Shown here one piece after another: positions 10,522 to 23,300 of a stretch of DNA of 64,000 nt; within the stretch, counting starts at the first letter, position 1; each line of letters opens with the position of its first letter. The notes below the pieces were generated by a model. That model saw only the letters and a program-made list of their open reading frames with translations. It searched no databases and had not been told where the DNA came from. This DNA comes from Dictyostelium discoideum. Lineage: Eukaryota. The stretch spans positions 1,856,001-1,920,000 of the forward strand of contig CM000150.2 in the NCBI GenBank assembly GCA_000004695.1. Reading direction: 5' to 3'. The translations under genes and the position numbers were made by a program.

Positions 10522-13500
10522 TTCATCCTCGTCTTCGTCTTCGTCCTCATCTTCATCATCATATTCATCTTCAGAATCTGAATGAGGTTGAATTAATCCA
10601 TTTGGATTTAAATAGTCATATTCTTGAATTTGTTGTTCTAAAACACTGATACCTTTGGAATCAATTGAGACCATTGAGTTTATTGAATGAACATATTGAC
10701 AAAATGGACCCCAAGTTCTATCTTTTTTTAAGAGTTTAGAATTACCAATTACAAATAATCCAAATTTAGCTCTTGTGAGTGCGACATTAATACGTCTACG
10801 ATCAGAAAGGAAACCAATTCTTTCGCTTCTTACACACGATAAAATTATGATATCTTTTTCTGAACCTTGAAAACCATCAATTGTTGATGTTTCAATATTT
10901 AATGGATAATTAAACTGTTTATGTTGTTCTTTGATTTCACTCTTTTGTAATTTATATGGCGTAATAATACCAAATGAGAACTTTTTACATTCTGGATAAT
11001 CTTGAACTAACTTTTTAATCAATGTGAATACCATTGTGATTTCTAATTTATTCTTTAATGATCTTTTACCACTTTCTTCTTTTGAATCAATAACATCATA
11101 GAATCTAATTGGACCATATTTGATATCTGAATGGAAATTATGTTGATTGTATACTAATGACTTTACATTATCACCATCTAATAATCTGTCTCTATAGAAT
11201 TGATTTGATGGGAATCTTGAAATTGTTGGATGCATACGATATTGAACATGTAACATTTCAACTGGTAATACTTTTGATAATCTTTCGAATAATGATATAT
11301 TTAAACCATTTTCTGCACTTTCTGTAGAGAAGATAGTTGGTGGTAATTGTAATGGATCACCAACGAGAATTAACTTTTCAATATTACCAATACATAATGG
11401 AATTATTGATGATGGTTCAGTTGATTGAGTTGATTCATCTACTAATATAATATCTGCTCTAAAGTTGTTCTTAACAGTTTCAGAACCACTTCCAGATAGA
11501 GTTGAGAAAACAATGGATGCTCTATAGATACTATCAGATTTCTCACGTTGAGTTTTATTGAAAATTGAAATACTATGACAATCTGGTGATATATTTTCCT
11601 TTTTACCAATACGTACCATATTTGGTAAATAAGGTTTACCATCTAAACCTATTAATTTCTTTTTTGAACATCTCTTTGCAATTTCATCTACTGATGCATG
11701 TGATGGACCACATACTAATATCTTGAATTCTGGATTAATTGCTAATAAAATTGAAAGTAAATAATAAATTGTTGTAGTTTTACCAGTACCTGGTGGACCT
11801 TGAATTAATGTAATACCTTTTGTTGATAATGATGTTTCAATTGAATTAAATTGTGATGTATTCAATTCTTGAATACACATGGATCTCAACAATGATGGAA
11901 TAGCCATTCTCTTTGAGGATAGTATATCGTGGTCTTTTCTTGATGGTTGTAAAATTTGATCAAATAGTATTCCAGAATTTCTAAAATCTTTTATTGCATT
12001 CAACTCTCTAATGAATGTAATGCAATTTGAAACTTTTATAAAGTATAACTTTTCTTTTATAGTATTGGAATCTTTCAAATAGTTTTTATGATTGAATGAA
12101 ATTGAATCAAACATTTCTATTATAGGATCCATTGAATCTGATGAATGAAATTTACATTTTACAATTTGTGTATTCTCTTCTAAATCAACATTTGAACAAT
12201 TGAGTACTAAACCCATTGCAAACATTGGTTCATTGGTATTATCAAATACTTTAAAAAGTAAAACATCATTATAAAATAATTCTTGGGACCCATCATTTAC
12301 ATCAATTTCAAACTTCATAATTGAATAGTCGGATATCTCTTTAAATGAGTGAATTGTTGGTCCATCAATCATCTTAATTTTATCTAAACCTATTAATGTA
12401 CCATCTTTTTCTGATATTGAAACACCTTCAATTTCATCAAATTCACCTGCAAGTTGTTTCCTATATTCCTCCACTATCAAAGGTTTCATTAAATCCATAT
12501 ATTCTTCATGATTTGAGTAACTTGATTTCAAATTTCTAATACTATTCACCTGTATTAATGGAATTCTTTCTGGACTAATCTTTAAAAATATTGATAATAT
12601 TTCGTAAGGACTCTTTAAAAAAACACTAACTAATTCACGAATTAATACAATTTTTAAAAAATTTTCATTATTATTATAATTGTTTTTATTATTATTATTA
12701 TTAAATTTATTATTTGATTTGGTTGTTGTTGTTGTAGTAGTTGTTGGTGTTGTTGTTGGTGTTGGAGTTGGTGTTGATGATGAGTTTATTAAAACCTTTT
12801 CATTTTTAATTAATTGATAAATTTCATTAAATAACAATTTTGAAATTAAGGTTAACCTTTCAGAGTTTAATAATTTAAAAGTTGGAATTTTAATAGCGGA
12901 ACGATTAATTTTTGTTTTAGATTTAAATTTTTTGATAAAACCATCAGAGAATTTACCTCTAATTAAATCTAAAAAGTTTAATTTAGTTTCATTATTTCTC
13001 TCTAATTCTAATTTCAATTGATCTGAATTTATGGGTCTAAAAGTTTTTGTTTTTTCTTTTAACTCTGAAATTTGTGAGAAATGGTTGAATTCTATCATTA
13101 CCATTAATGATAATGATTTTTGATAAATTGAATCAATATTTTCAGTATTTATATTATTTCTTTGAACCATTGAAATATCGTGTATTAATCTAATTTTTAA
13201 AACTTGAATATGCATATTAAATTGATTTTTGTTCTCATCAATTATTTTCTTTACTTGTTCTAATGATGGTTGATAAGATGGATTCAATTTTGATAATGTA
13301 TCCAATTTTCTAAAAATTAAATCTGCACTATTTGAATCTTCAAATATTAAATTTAATAAACTACGTTTCAATGGTTGGTTTATATCAAAAGTGGATGAAC
13401 CACTTTGAGGTGTTGTTGTTGTATGAGTGGTTGCGGTTGTGGTGGTTGTGGTAGGTGAAAGTGAATCTGGTTCAATCACTGATTTAGTTGAGGCAATTTT

Positions 13501-15103
13501 TTGTGGTATTTGTTTTATTGTTGGTTGGGCCTCGTTTGGTTTACCTGGATTTATTGGAGCTGGTAATGACGGTAAAGTTGTTGTTGTAGGAGTGGTTGTG
13601 GTTGTGGTTGTAGTTGTGGTTGTGGTTGTGGTTGTGGTAGGAGAAAGTGAATCCGGTTCAATCACTGATTTAGTTGAGGCAATTGTTTGTGGTATTTGTT
13701 TTATTGTTGGTTGGGCCTCATTTGGTTTACCTGGATTTATTGGAGCTGATAATGATGGTAAACTTGTTGTTGTTGTTGTTGTTGTCGGAGTGGTTGTGGT
13801 GGTGGGTCTTATTGAAGTTGTTGTGTTTGTGGTGGTTATGGTAGGTGAAAGTGAATCGGATCCAATCACTGATTTAGTTGAGGCAACTGTTTGTGGTATT
13901 TGTTTTATTGTTGGCTTGGCTTCATTTGATCTACCTTGATTTATTGGAGCTGAGAATAATGGTAAACTTGTTGCTGTCGTCGACGTTGTTGTTGTTGTTG
14001 TTGTTTTTGTTGTTTTTGGTGCATTTGAATAGATAGTATACTTTTCTGATAAAGATTTTCCTTTTCCTATTAGCTTCATACATTTTTCAAATGATTCACA
14101 AATTTTGATAAAATTTGAATCAATTAAACCATCTAAATACTCTGTAAATCTTAAATCATTGATACGATAATTTTTATTCTTTAAAACTGTTCTAAATTCA
14201 ATTAATTCTTTTTTTAATTTACTTGGAAAAATACATTTTTCAATATCTAAAAACGATATTGGCATTTCAAATTGTACAGAAGTTTCTATTTCAATTCTAC
14301 CTCTAATTTTTTGTATTCTATTTGATGTTAATCTTTTAAAAAAAAAACTAAACTCGATTAAAAAATTTAAATTACTATAATCACTATATAATTGATATAT
14401 ATTTCTTTTAATTATATCATCTTCATCTTCATCTTCACCTTCATCTTCATCTTCATCTTCATCTTTATTATTATTATTATTATTATAATATAATAAATCA
14501 TTTCTTTGAAAAAATGTAGGAAATTTAGAAGAGACATGAATTGAAGCTGTATATTTGACATTGTTGATTTTACGTAATAAAAAGAATTTTGATGAGGATT
14601 TAAGTAATACTTCTTGAATTTTACTTTGAAAAGTTGGAAAATAATTTTCAATATCCTCTAAACTATCTATTAATATTGATGAGTTTATAGTTTCAGTGGT
14701 AATTTGAGGTGTTGGTGATAAATTAATTGTTTCATTTAATTGAGTTAATAATACTCCAAGTTTTGGGTAAAGTGATTTTATATAATTTGAAACTGTTTGA
14801 TTTGGAAGAGGCAATGAGAAATCTGGAATCATATATGATTCTGTTTTATTTGTAGGAGTGAAAATATATGGTTTTGAAATTAAATTTGGATCAAAAGTAC
14901 CAATTTTTTTAAATTTTATTGAAATTCCACTTGATTTTAAATGATTTTTAAAGTCATTTATAGAATTTTTTTTTGAACTTTTTGTTTGTGAAAAATGATT
15001 CTTTAATAAATGTATTTGATAATGTACATTAAATTTTATAATGGTTTGAAATTTGATAAATTTATTAAAAAAATCACTTGATAAAATTAAATGCTCACTA
15101 ACT

Positions 15104-15198
<95 letters not shown>

Positions 15199-15670
15199 TA
15201 AAAAATTATTCTTTATTTCTTTTAATAATTTTTTTTTTAATTTTTCAATCAGAGTAGTAAAAAAATCATCTTCCAAAGCTTCAATTATAAATTCTAGTTG
15301 ATCTACACATGTTGGAAATTGGACTTTTAATTGTTTAATTGTTTCTAATTGTTTTTTGGGGTTATTACATTCTTTAAATATTAATTTTATTAGATTATTA
15401 TTATTATTATCATCATTATTATCATCATTATTATTATTATTATTATTACTATTATTATTACTATTATTATTATTGTTATTATTATTATTAATGGTATTTG
15501 TCGATGATAATTCAGATTGCGTTGGATTTATTAATGACAAAGAAGGTGACAGATTTTTGCTTTCACTAGAAAAATTAAATGAGAGTTAGAAAAATGGCAA
15601 AAAAAAAAAAAAAAAAAAAAAAATATCTAATATCAATATTTTACTCTTCTGTTTTTAAAATAGAACCCAT
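10297..15670 (-). CDS. Giant UPF1/SEN1-like SF1B RNA/DNA helicase, paralog A (about 1764 aa; micro-exon plus one intron; no NTase domain; acidic D/E tail)
   Basis: Exon 1 spans 15670..15645 (ATG GGT TCT ATT TTA AAA ACA GAA GA; donor gtaaaa). The 79-nt intron has acceptor tttttctag (reverse complement of 15566-69). Exon 2 spans 15565..10297 (phase 2 closes as GAT). All helicase motifs are present: I TLIQGPPGTGKTTTIYYL; Ia ILVCGPSHASVDEIA; II ILVDESTQSTEP; III LILVGDPLQLPPTIFS; IV QYRMHPTISRFPSNQFYRDRLLDG; V DGFQGSEKDIIILSCVRS; VI IGFLSDRRRINVALTRAKFGLFVIGN. N-terminal region: four copies of a helical module with an LIEFSNL/LMVMIEFNHFSQ motif, separated by T/P/S-rich linkers including three tandem 57-aa repeats (13440-13990). 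Ends in a poly-D/E tail. Confidence 0.8.
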
Positions 15671-16261
15671 ATTTTTTTTTGTGTAGGTGATAATAAAAAA
15701 AAAAAAAAAAAAAAAAAAAATTAAAAAACAATACAATAATATATCCAATTATATACAATTATATATACAATGGTTTTATTTGTTGTGTTGAATTTTTAAA
15801 ATAAAAAATAAAAAAATTTTCAAATACGAATCAAAATTTGGGTTTTAAAAAAAAGAAAATTCAAAAAAAAAAAAAAAAAATCAAAAAAAATTAAATTAAA
15901 AATCCGATTAAGTACGATTTAAAATAAAAAAAAAAAAAATAAATAATAAAATGAAATAATATAAAAAAAAATAATAAAATAAAATTATAAAAAAGAAAAA
16001 ATTTGTATCATTTATTTTAAAATAAAAGAATAAAAAAAATTAATTTAAAACTTTACTTTTTTTTTTTTTTATTACTAAAATAAATGGACAATTTAAAAAA
16101 AAAAAAAAAAATAAAAAAAATTTTAAAAAATGGAAAAATTTTGATTTGTCGTCCCCAAAAAAAAATCAAAGAGAAAAAGAAAAAAAAATAAAAAAAAAAA
16201 AAATTTGGTTATTTTTTTTTATTTTTTTTTTTTTTATATAAATAGATATTTTCAATTGTGT

Positions 16262-16680
16262 TTATAAAAAAAGAGTTAAAATGAGTTTAGGGACATTAGT
16301 TTTAAAAAAAAAAAACGTAGGTAAAATTGGTGGATTTAATGACTGAAGGAAATGAATTACCATATTAACTAAACAGAATGAACTAAATGTTTTCTCTGCT
16401 GCATTATTTAAATCTTTTGAGATTGCCCACCATTTTACTAATAATGCTAAATCTATACATCTATTATCAATTGAACAATATTCACCTAACAATAATGAAT
16501 TGTGATAACTAATCATTGAATTAAAACACATATCGAAATGAATACCTGATGATATCTCTTTGAATCTAATGATTGGTATTTTTGCATCCATTCTTTTTTC
16601 AATTAATTTATATTGTTGAGATCTATTTAAGTATTTATAAACTTGTTTTAAATAAGTTGTATCTTCCTTTTGAATACATG
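16262..16680 (-). pseudogene. Orphan fragment of the Cid1-like nucleotidyltransferase domain (copy of paralog-B region about 17853-18200)
   Basis: Translates (ORF 16262..16591 plus upstream) to ...KEDTTYLKQVYKYLNRSQQYKLIEK..MDAKIPIIRFKEISSGIHFDMCFNSMISYHNSLLLGEYCSIDNRCIDLALLVKWWAISKDLNNAAEKTFSSFCLVNMVIHFLQSLNPPILP, then diverges. No start, no upstream helicase. Confidence 0.75.
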
Positions 16681-16689
16681 AAAATATAT

Positions 16690-16843
16690 CACCAGATTGT
16701 CATCGTATATCTCTTTTTGATAAAACACTAGCACAAAGAAAAGAAATTCTTAAGAATGCAAATATTGTTTTCTCAACATTATCAGCAAGTGGTTCTGGTC
16801 CTGTTAGAAGTAACTTTAAAGCAAATATTGTACATGCACAAGT
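16690..16843 (+). pseudogene. Inverted orphan fragment of the helicase domain (matches the reverse complement of paralog B about 19690-19850: ...PDCHRISLFDKTLAQRKEILKNANIVFSTLSASGSGPVRSNFKANIV)
   Basis: Plus-strand sequence is the reverse complement of the minus-strand helicase coding sequence and is fused directly to the NTase fragment. It breaks off into a degenerate (acaggt..)n stretch at 16850-16930. Confidence 0.7.
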
Positions 16844-17354
16844 ACAAGTTTAACAGGTTCATCAGATTTAACAGGTTTAACTGGTACAGGTAAAGGTTTT
16901 TACAGGTTTAGCAGATTCAGGTAAAGGTTGTCAGGAAGATTATAAATCTACCTATGCACTATGACATTAGGAGTGGTTTAATATTTTTTAATACTTAGAC
17001 AATAATAACAATAAAAAAACAAAAAAAAATTTTATTTTTATTTCTTAAAAAAGTAAACAAAATAAATAAAATAGAAATTTTGCCTATTGCAATAGTAAAG
17101 ATACAATTTTTAAAAATTTAAAATCGAAGTCATAATTTAATAAATAAAAATAAAAATAAAATTATTTGTTTTTTTAAATAATTCCCATGGAATTTAGATT
17201 TTGCCTTAAGAAATCTATCCGTAAATATTTTTACAAGATTAAAAAAAAAAAAAAAATTCAAATTTACTTGTCCTTTTATTTATTTTAATTTAAACAAAAA
17301 AAAAAAAAAAATGGTTTGGGTATTATTTTTTAATTTTTTTTTTTTTGTAAAACT

Positions 17355-20300
17355 CTAAGAAAGTAATCCATTTGACGATAATGATAAATTCTCTTTGAAT
17401 AAATCATTAATTGTTGTTTTGGTTGATCTTAAAGAATATTCCATCATTGTGAATTCCATTAATACTCTTTGGTATGTTTTTTTAATTGATGATGCTAAAT
17501 TTCTATCATTAATAAATGGATCAAGTACAATGATATGACCTTTTACTGGTGTACCCTTTATAGTTGATCTTTTTAATAATGCTCCATTTTCACATAAACT
17601 ACCACCACCACTTGAGTGACTAATTGATATGATATTCTCTTTATAATTAAATGTTGAATAATAATAAAAGAATTGATAAAACAATTGAGCGATTGTCAAT
17701 TTGTTTCTTTTTGGTTCAAATTTGTTAAAACTTGACCAATCATAATATTTAACTAAATAATTTTCTACGATTGTTTGTGATTTTAATTTAATTAAATTTC
17801 TATCTGTTGAATACTTTTCTAATAGTTGATTTGATGTTGTTTGTAAATTTGGTAAAATTGGTGGATTTAATGACTGAAGGAAATGAATTACCATATTAAC
17901 TAAACAGAATGAACTAAATGTTTTCTCTGCTGCATTATTTAAATCTTTTGAAACTGCCCACCATTTTACTAATAATGCTAAATCTCTACATCTTTTATCA
18001 ATTGAACAATATTCACCTAACAATAATGAATTGTGATAACTCATCATAGAATGAAAGCACATATCGAAATGAATACCTGATGATATCTCTTTGAATCTAA
18101 TGATTGGTACTTTTGCACTAATTCTTTTTTCAATTAATTTATATAGTTGAGATCTATTTAAATATTTATAAACTTGTTTTAAATGAGTTGTATCTTCTTT
18201 TTGAGTACTTGAGAAATTAATATCTAAATCACTATCATTCAATGATAATCCACTCAAGAATGAACCATATAAATTAATTGATGCTGTTGCGAAACCTTCT
18301 GATATTAATTTCTTTAATCTATTATAACTATCTTGTTTAATTGATTTCTTTTTACATTCAATTTTTGAAATAATTTCATTAAGAGAATTATTTGTTTTTG
18401 ATGATGATAAAGATTGTGAAATTTCTTGTATTTCTAAATTATTTAAAACTTTCTTTAAATATGAATCCAAGAGACGTGAATATTTAACAAAACTATCTCT
18501 TAATGTTTTCTTTTTTGATAAAGTTGATTGATCTATTTTTTCTTGATTTGATTTTTGTAATTCTATAATAATATTAATAAGAGTGTTTGGAAAATCTTTA
18601 TCAATGATTAAATTATTTGAATCTGGTGAAACTGTCTCATCTTCATCATCATCATCGCTGATACTATAATATTCATCATCATCATCATCCAAATCATCAT
18701 TATCTTCACCTTCTTGATTAATTTTCTTGATTCTATTACTTTCATCATCTTCATCATGCTCTTGTATTTCTTCATTATCTTCATCTTCGTCTTCCTCTTC
18801 ATCTTTACCATCATATTCATCTTCAGAATCTGAATGGAATTCAATTAATCCATTTGGATTTAAAGAGTCATATTCTTGAATTTGTTGTTCTAAAACACTG
18901 ATACCTTTAGAATCAATTGAGACCATTGAGTTTATTGAATGAACATATTGACAAAATGGACCCCAAGTTCTATCTTTTTTTAAGAGTTTAGAATTACCAA
19001 TTACAAATAATCCAAATTTAGCTCTTGTGAGTGCGACATTAATACGTCTACGATCAGAAAGGAAACCAATTCTTTCACTTCTTACACATGATAAAATTAT
19101 AATATCTTTTTCTGAGCCTTGAACCCCATCAATTGTTGATGTTTCAATATTTAATGGATAATTAAACTGTTTATGTTGTTCTTTGATTTCACTCTTTTGT
19201 AATTTATATGGCGTAATAATACCAAATGAGAACTTTTTACATTCTGGATAATCTTGAACTAACTTTTTAATCAATGTGAATACCATTGTGATTTCTAATT
19301 TATTCTTTAATGATCTTTTACCACTTTCTTCTTTTGAATCAATAACATCATAGAATCTAATTGGACCATATTTGATATCAGAATGGAAATTATGTTGATT
19401 GTATACTAATGACTTTACATTATCACCATCTAATAATCTGTCTTTATAGAATTGATTTGATGGGAATCTTGAAATTGTTGGATGCATACGATATTGTGTA
19501 TTTAACATTTCAACTGGTAATACTTTTGATAATCTTTCAAATAATGATATATTTAAACCATTTTCTGCACTTCCTGATGAGAAAATAGTTGGTGGTAATT
19601 GTAATGGATCACCAACAAGAATTAACTTTTCAATATTACCAATACATAATGGAATTAGTGAAGCTGGTTCAGATGATTGAGTTGATTCATCTACTAATAC
19701 AATATTTGCTTTAAAGTTACTTCTAACAGAACCAGAACCACTTGCTGAAAGAGTTGAGAAAACAATATTTGCATTTCTAATAATTTCTTTTCTTTGTGCT
19801 GGTGTTTTGTCATAGGGTGATATACGATGACAATCTGGTGATATATTTTGAAGTTTACCAATACGTACCATATTTGGTAAATAAGGTTTACCATCTACAT
19901 TTATTAAACTCTTTTTTAAACATCTCTTTGCAACTTCATCTACTGATGCATGTGATGGACCACATACTAATATCTTGAATTTTGGATTAATTGCTAATAA
20001 AATTGAAAGTAAATAATAAATTGTTGTAGTTTTACCAGTACCTGGTGGACCTTGAATTAATGTAATACCTTTTTTTGATAATGATGTTTCAATTGCATTA
20101 AATTGTGATGCATTCAATTCTTGAATACAAATGGATCTTAACAATGATGGAATCTCCATTCTCATTGATGTCATTAAATTATAAACTTCCAATGATGGTT
20201 GTAAAATTTGATTTAAAAGTGTTTTTGAATTTTTAAACTCTTCTGTTGCTTCTAATTCTCTAATGAATGTAGTACTATTAGAAACCTTTATAAAATGTAA

Positions 20301-23300
20301 AATATCTTTTGAATATCTTTTCGAATTCAATGAAACTGAATAAAACTTTTCAATTAATGGTTTCGTTGAATCCGATAATACAAATTCGCAAATTATTTTT
20401 TGTTTTTTACTTTTTAATTCTGAAGATCTTGTAACTAAACTCAATGCAAACATTGGTTTATTTGTATGATCAAATGCTTTAAAAAGTAAAATATCATTAA
20501 GGTATATTTCCTCTAATTCATCCTTAACTTTAATATTAAATGTAATTTCAACAGAATCCTCCGACAACTCTTGGAATGAATGAATTGTTGGTGTATCATT
20601 CATTTTAACTCTATCTAAACCTATTAATGTACCATCTTGTTCTGATATTGAAATACCTTCAATTTCATCAAAATCACCTTCGAGTTGTGCTCTATATTCT
20701 TCTACTATTAAAGGTTTCATTAAATTTACAAATTCTGATTGGTCAGAATAACTATCTTGTAATGAATGAATATTATCAGCTTGAATTAATGGAATTCTTT
20801 CTGGATTACTCTTTAAAAATATTGACAATATCTCTTCAGAATCTTTTGAAATTACTTCAACATGATCACGAACTAAAACAACTTTTCTATTATTATTATT
20901 GTTATTTCTTGATCTTATTGTAGTTGTTGCAGTTGCTGTTCCTGTTGGGGATTTGATAAACAACTTTTCACTTTTAATTAATTGGTGAATTTCATTAAAT
21001 TGTAACTTTGAAATTAAACCTAACTTTTCAGAGTTTAATAATTTAAAAGATGGAATCTTTAAAGTTGAACCATTGATTTTTGTTGTTGATTCAAAGTTAC
21101 TGACGAGATTATCAAAGAATTTACCTTTAACTATATTTGAAAATTCTAACTTCGTTCTATTTTTTTTTGCTAATTCTGAATTCAACTGATTGTATTTGTG
21201 TCTACAAGTCTTTGTTTTTTCTTTTAATTCTGAATACTGTGAGAAATGATTAAACTCTAATAATACCATTAATGATAATGACTTGTTATATATTTTTTCA
21301 ATATTTTGATTGCTTGTATTATTTTTTTGAATCTTTGAAATATCTGTTTTTAATCTATTTTTAATAGCATTAATAGTTGAATTAAATTGAGTTATACTCT
21401 CATTGATAATATCATTCACTTGTTCAATTGATTTTTTCTTTGATGGATATGATTTAAATAATCTATCCAATGTTTTAATAATTGAATCTGCACTAGTTGA
21501 ATCTTCAAATATTAATTTCAATAAACTATGTTTCAATGATTGGTTTATATCAAATGTAGTAGTAGCAGCACTAGTATTATTAGAAGCAGATGATGCTGTA
21601 GTTGATTTATCTGTTGATGTTGTTGCAGAGGTATTTGCAGTGGTTGAGGTTGTTGTTGTTGTTGTTTTTGTTGTAGCTTTATCTTTTATAATACTAGTGG
21701 TAGTTGAAGCTGTAGGTGTTTTTGAACTTGTTGTATTAGATATTTTTTGTGAATTTGAAAGTGATAAATCTTTATAATCTAATACTAAAGATTTTATATG
21801 AATTATAAAAGATTTTATTAAAGTTCCAATTGTATTATCACTTTCATTTTTATGACCAAGTGGTAATTTAAATAATTCTACATTCATCACATATTCAGTT
21901 TTTTTAGATTTAATATTTAATTTTACTTGTTCTGGAATATAGTTTGAAATGTCTATTGATTTTTGATCAATAAATGCTTCAACTTTAATACAAAATCTTT
22001 GGTGGTGAGTATTCAATAAATTGAATGCCTCTGATCTAGAATCCAAAAAGGTTGGTGAGTTTTTAACTGTGAAATTTTTATCAAAATATTCTTTAATATA
22101 ATTTCTTTGCACTAAATTACTAAATTCAATTAATGAAATGATTGTAAAAATTGTTTCATTAATTTCATTAAATTTTGATGGATTTACACTTGATTTTAAT
22201 AATTTTCTTATATCTTTTGATGTACCAATTCTATAAGATTCAGTCTTTTTTTTGAATGGTAAAACTATGTCTTTTACCATTGATTTAATTGAATCTATTT
22301 GTAAATTAAATGTTGGATATTGATTCTTTAAACTATCAATTGCTTCTGGTTTGTTAAAAAATGTATTAAATAATGAAAATATTTGTTTTTCAATATTTGA
22401 TGGTGTCTTCAAAATTACTGTTGGTATATTTGATAATAATTCTTTTGGTGTTGATGTTGGTGTTGGTGTTGGTGTTGGTGTTGGTGTTGGTGTTGGTGTT
22501 GGTGTTGGTGTTGGTGTTGGTGTTGGTGTTGGTGTTGGAGTTGGAGTTGGAGTTGGAGTTGGTGTTGGTGTTGGTGTTGGTGTTGGTGTTAGTGTTGGTA
22601 TTGGTTGTGTTGTTGTTGTTGAGTTTGATAAAAGTTGATAATCTAAAATTAAAGATTTTATATAAATCAAATGTGATTCGATTAATGTTCCAATGGTATT
22701 ACTTTCGATATTCTTGTGACCAAGTTCTAATTTAAATAAACCAATATTAAATAAAACTTTTTTAGAATCTAATTCTAACTTCAATGGTTTTGGAACAAAT
22801 TTTGAAACAAAAGATGGATTTTGACTAATAAATTCCTCTAGATTGATTTTTGATTTTTGATATTGAGTTTCCAATAAACCAAAAGCCTCTAATTGTAAAC
22901 TTGCTTGGTGTGTGATTTTGACTATATTTTTTTCAATATATTTTTTAACACTACTTCTTTGGATTAGATTACTCAACTCTATTAATGAAATGATTGTAAC
23001 AAATATTGTTACAATTTCATCAAACTTTTTTGAATTTATCTTTGAATTCAATGATTTTTTAAGTTGATTTAATGTTGTAATTTTCACTGAATCAATATTG
23101 GTTTGACTTTCTTTTATAAAAGTTTCAACTGATAATAATTCTGATTTAAAACCTGGGTATTTTTTAATCAAACCTTGAATATCTTCTGATCTGTGGAATA
23201 ATTTATTAAAAATTGAAAAAACTACGATTTCAGTAGTTGTTGGTTTTGTTTGTTGTTGGCTATTTATAACTTTTGATACCAATGATGGTGATGTTGCTAA

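Noticed and set aside
10386-10568. ORF MNMMMKMRTKTK... (and homologous 18608..18844, 26301..26561)
   Set aside because: Alternate-frame reading of the GAT/GAA acidic-tail codons inside the helicase genes.
13427-13939. Plus-strand ORF MVAVVVVVVGESESGSITDLVEA... inside paralog A, plus analogous 21403..21777, 22351..22735, 30063..30263, 30929..31363, 32064..32393
   Set aside because: Antisense shadows of the T/P-rich linker repeats and hexanucleotide microsatellites of the giant helicase genes.
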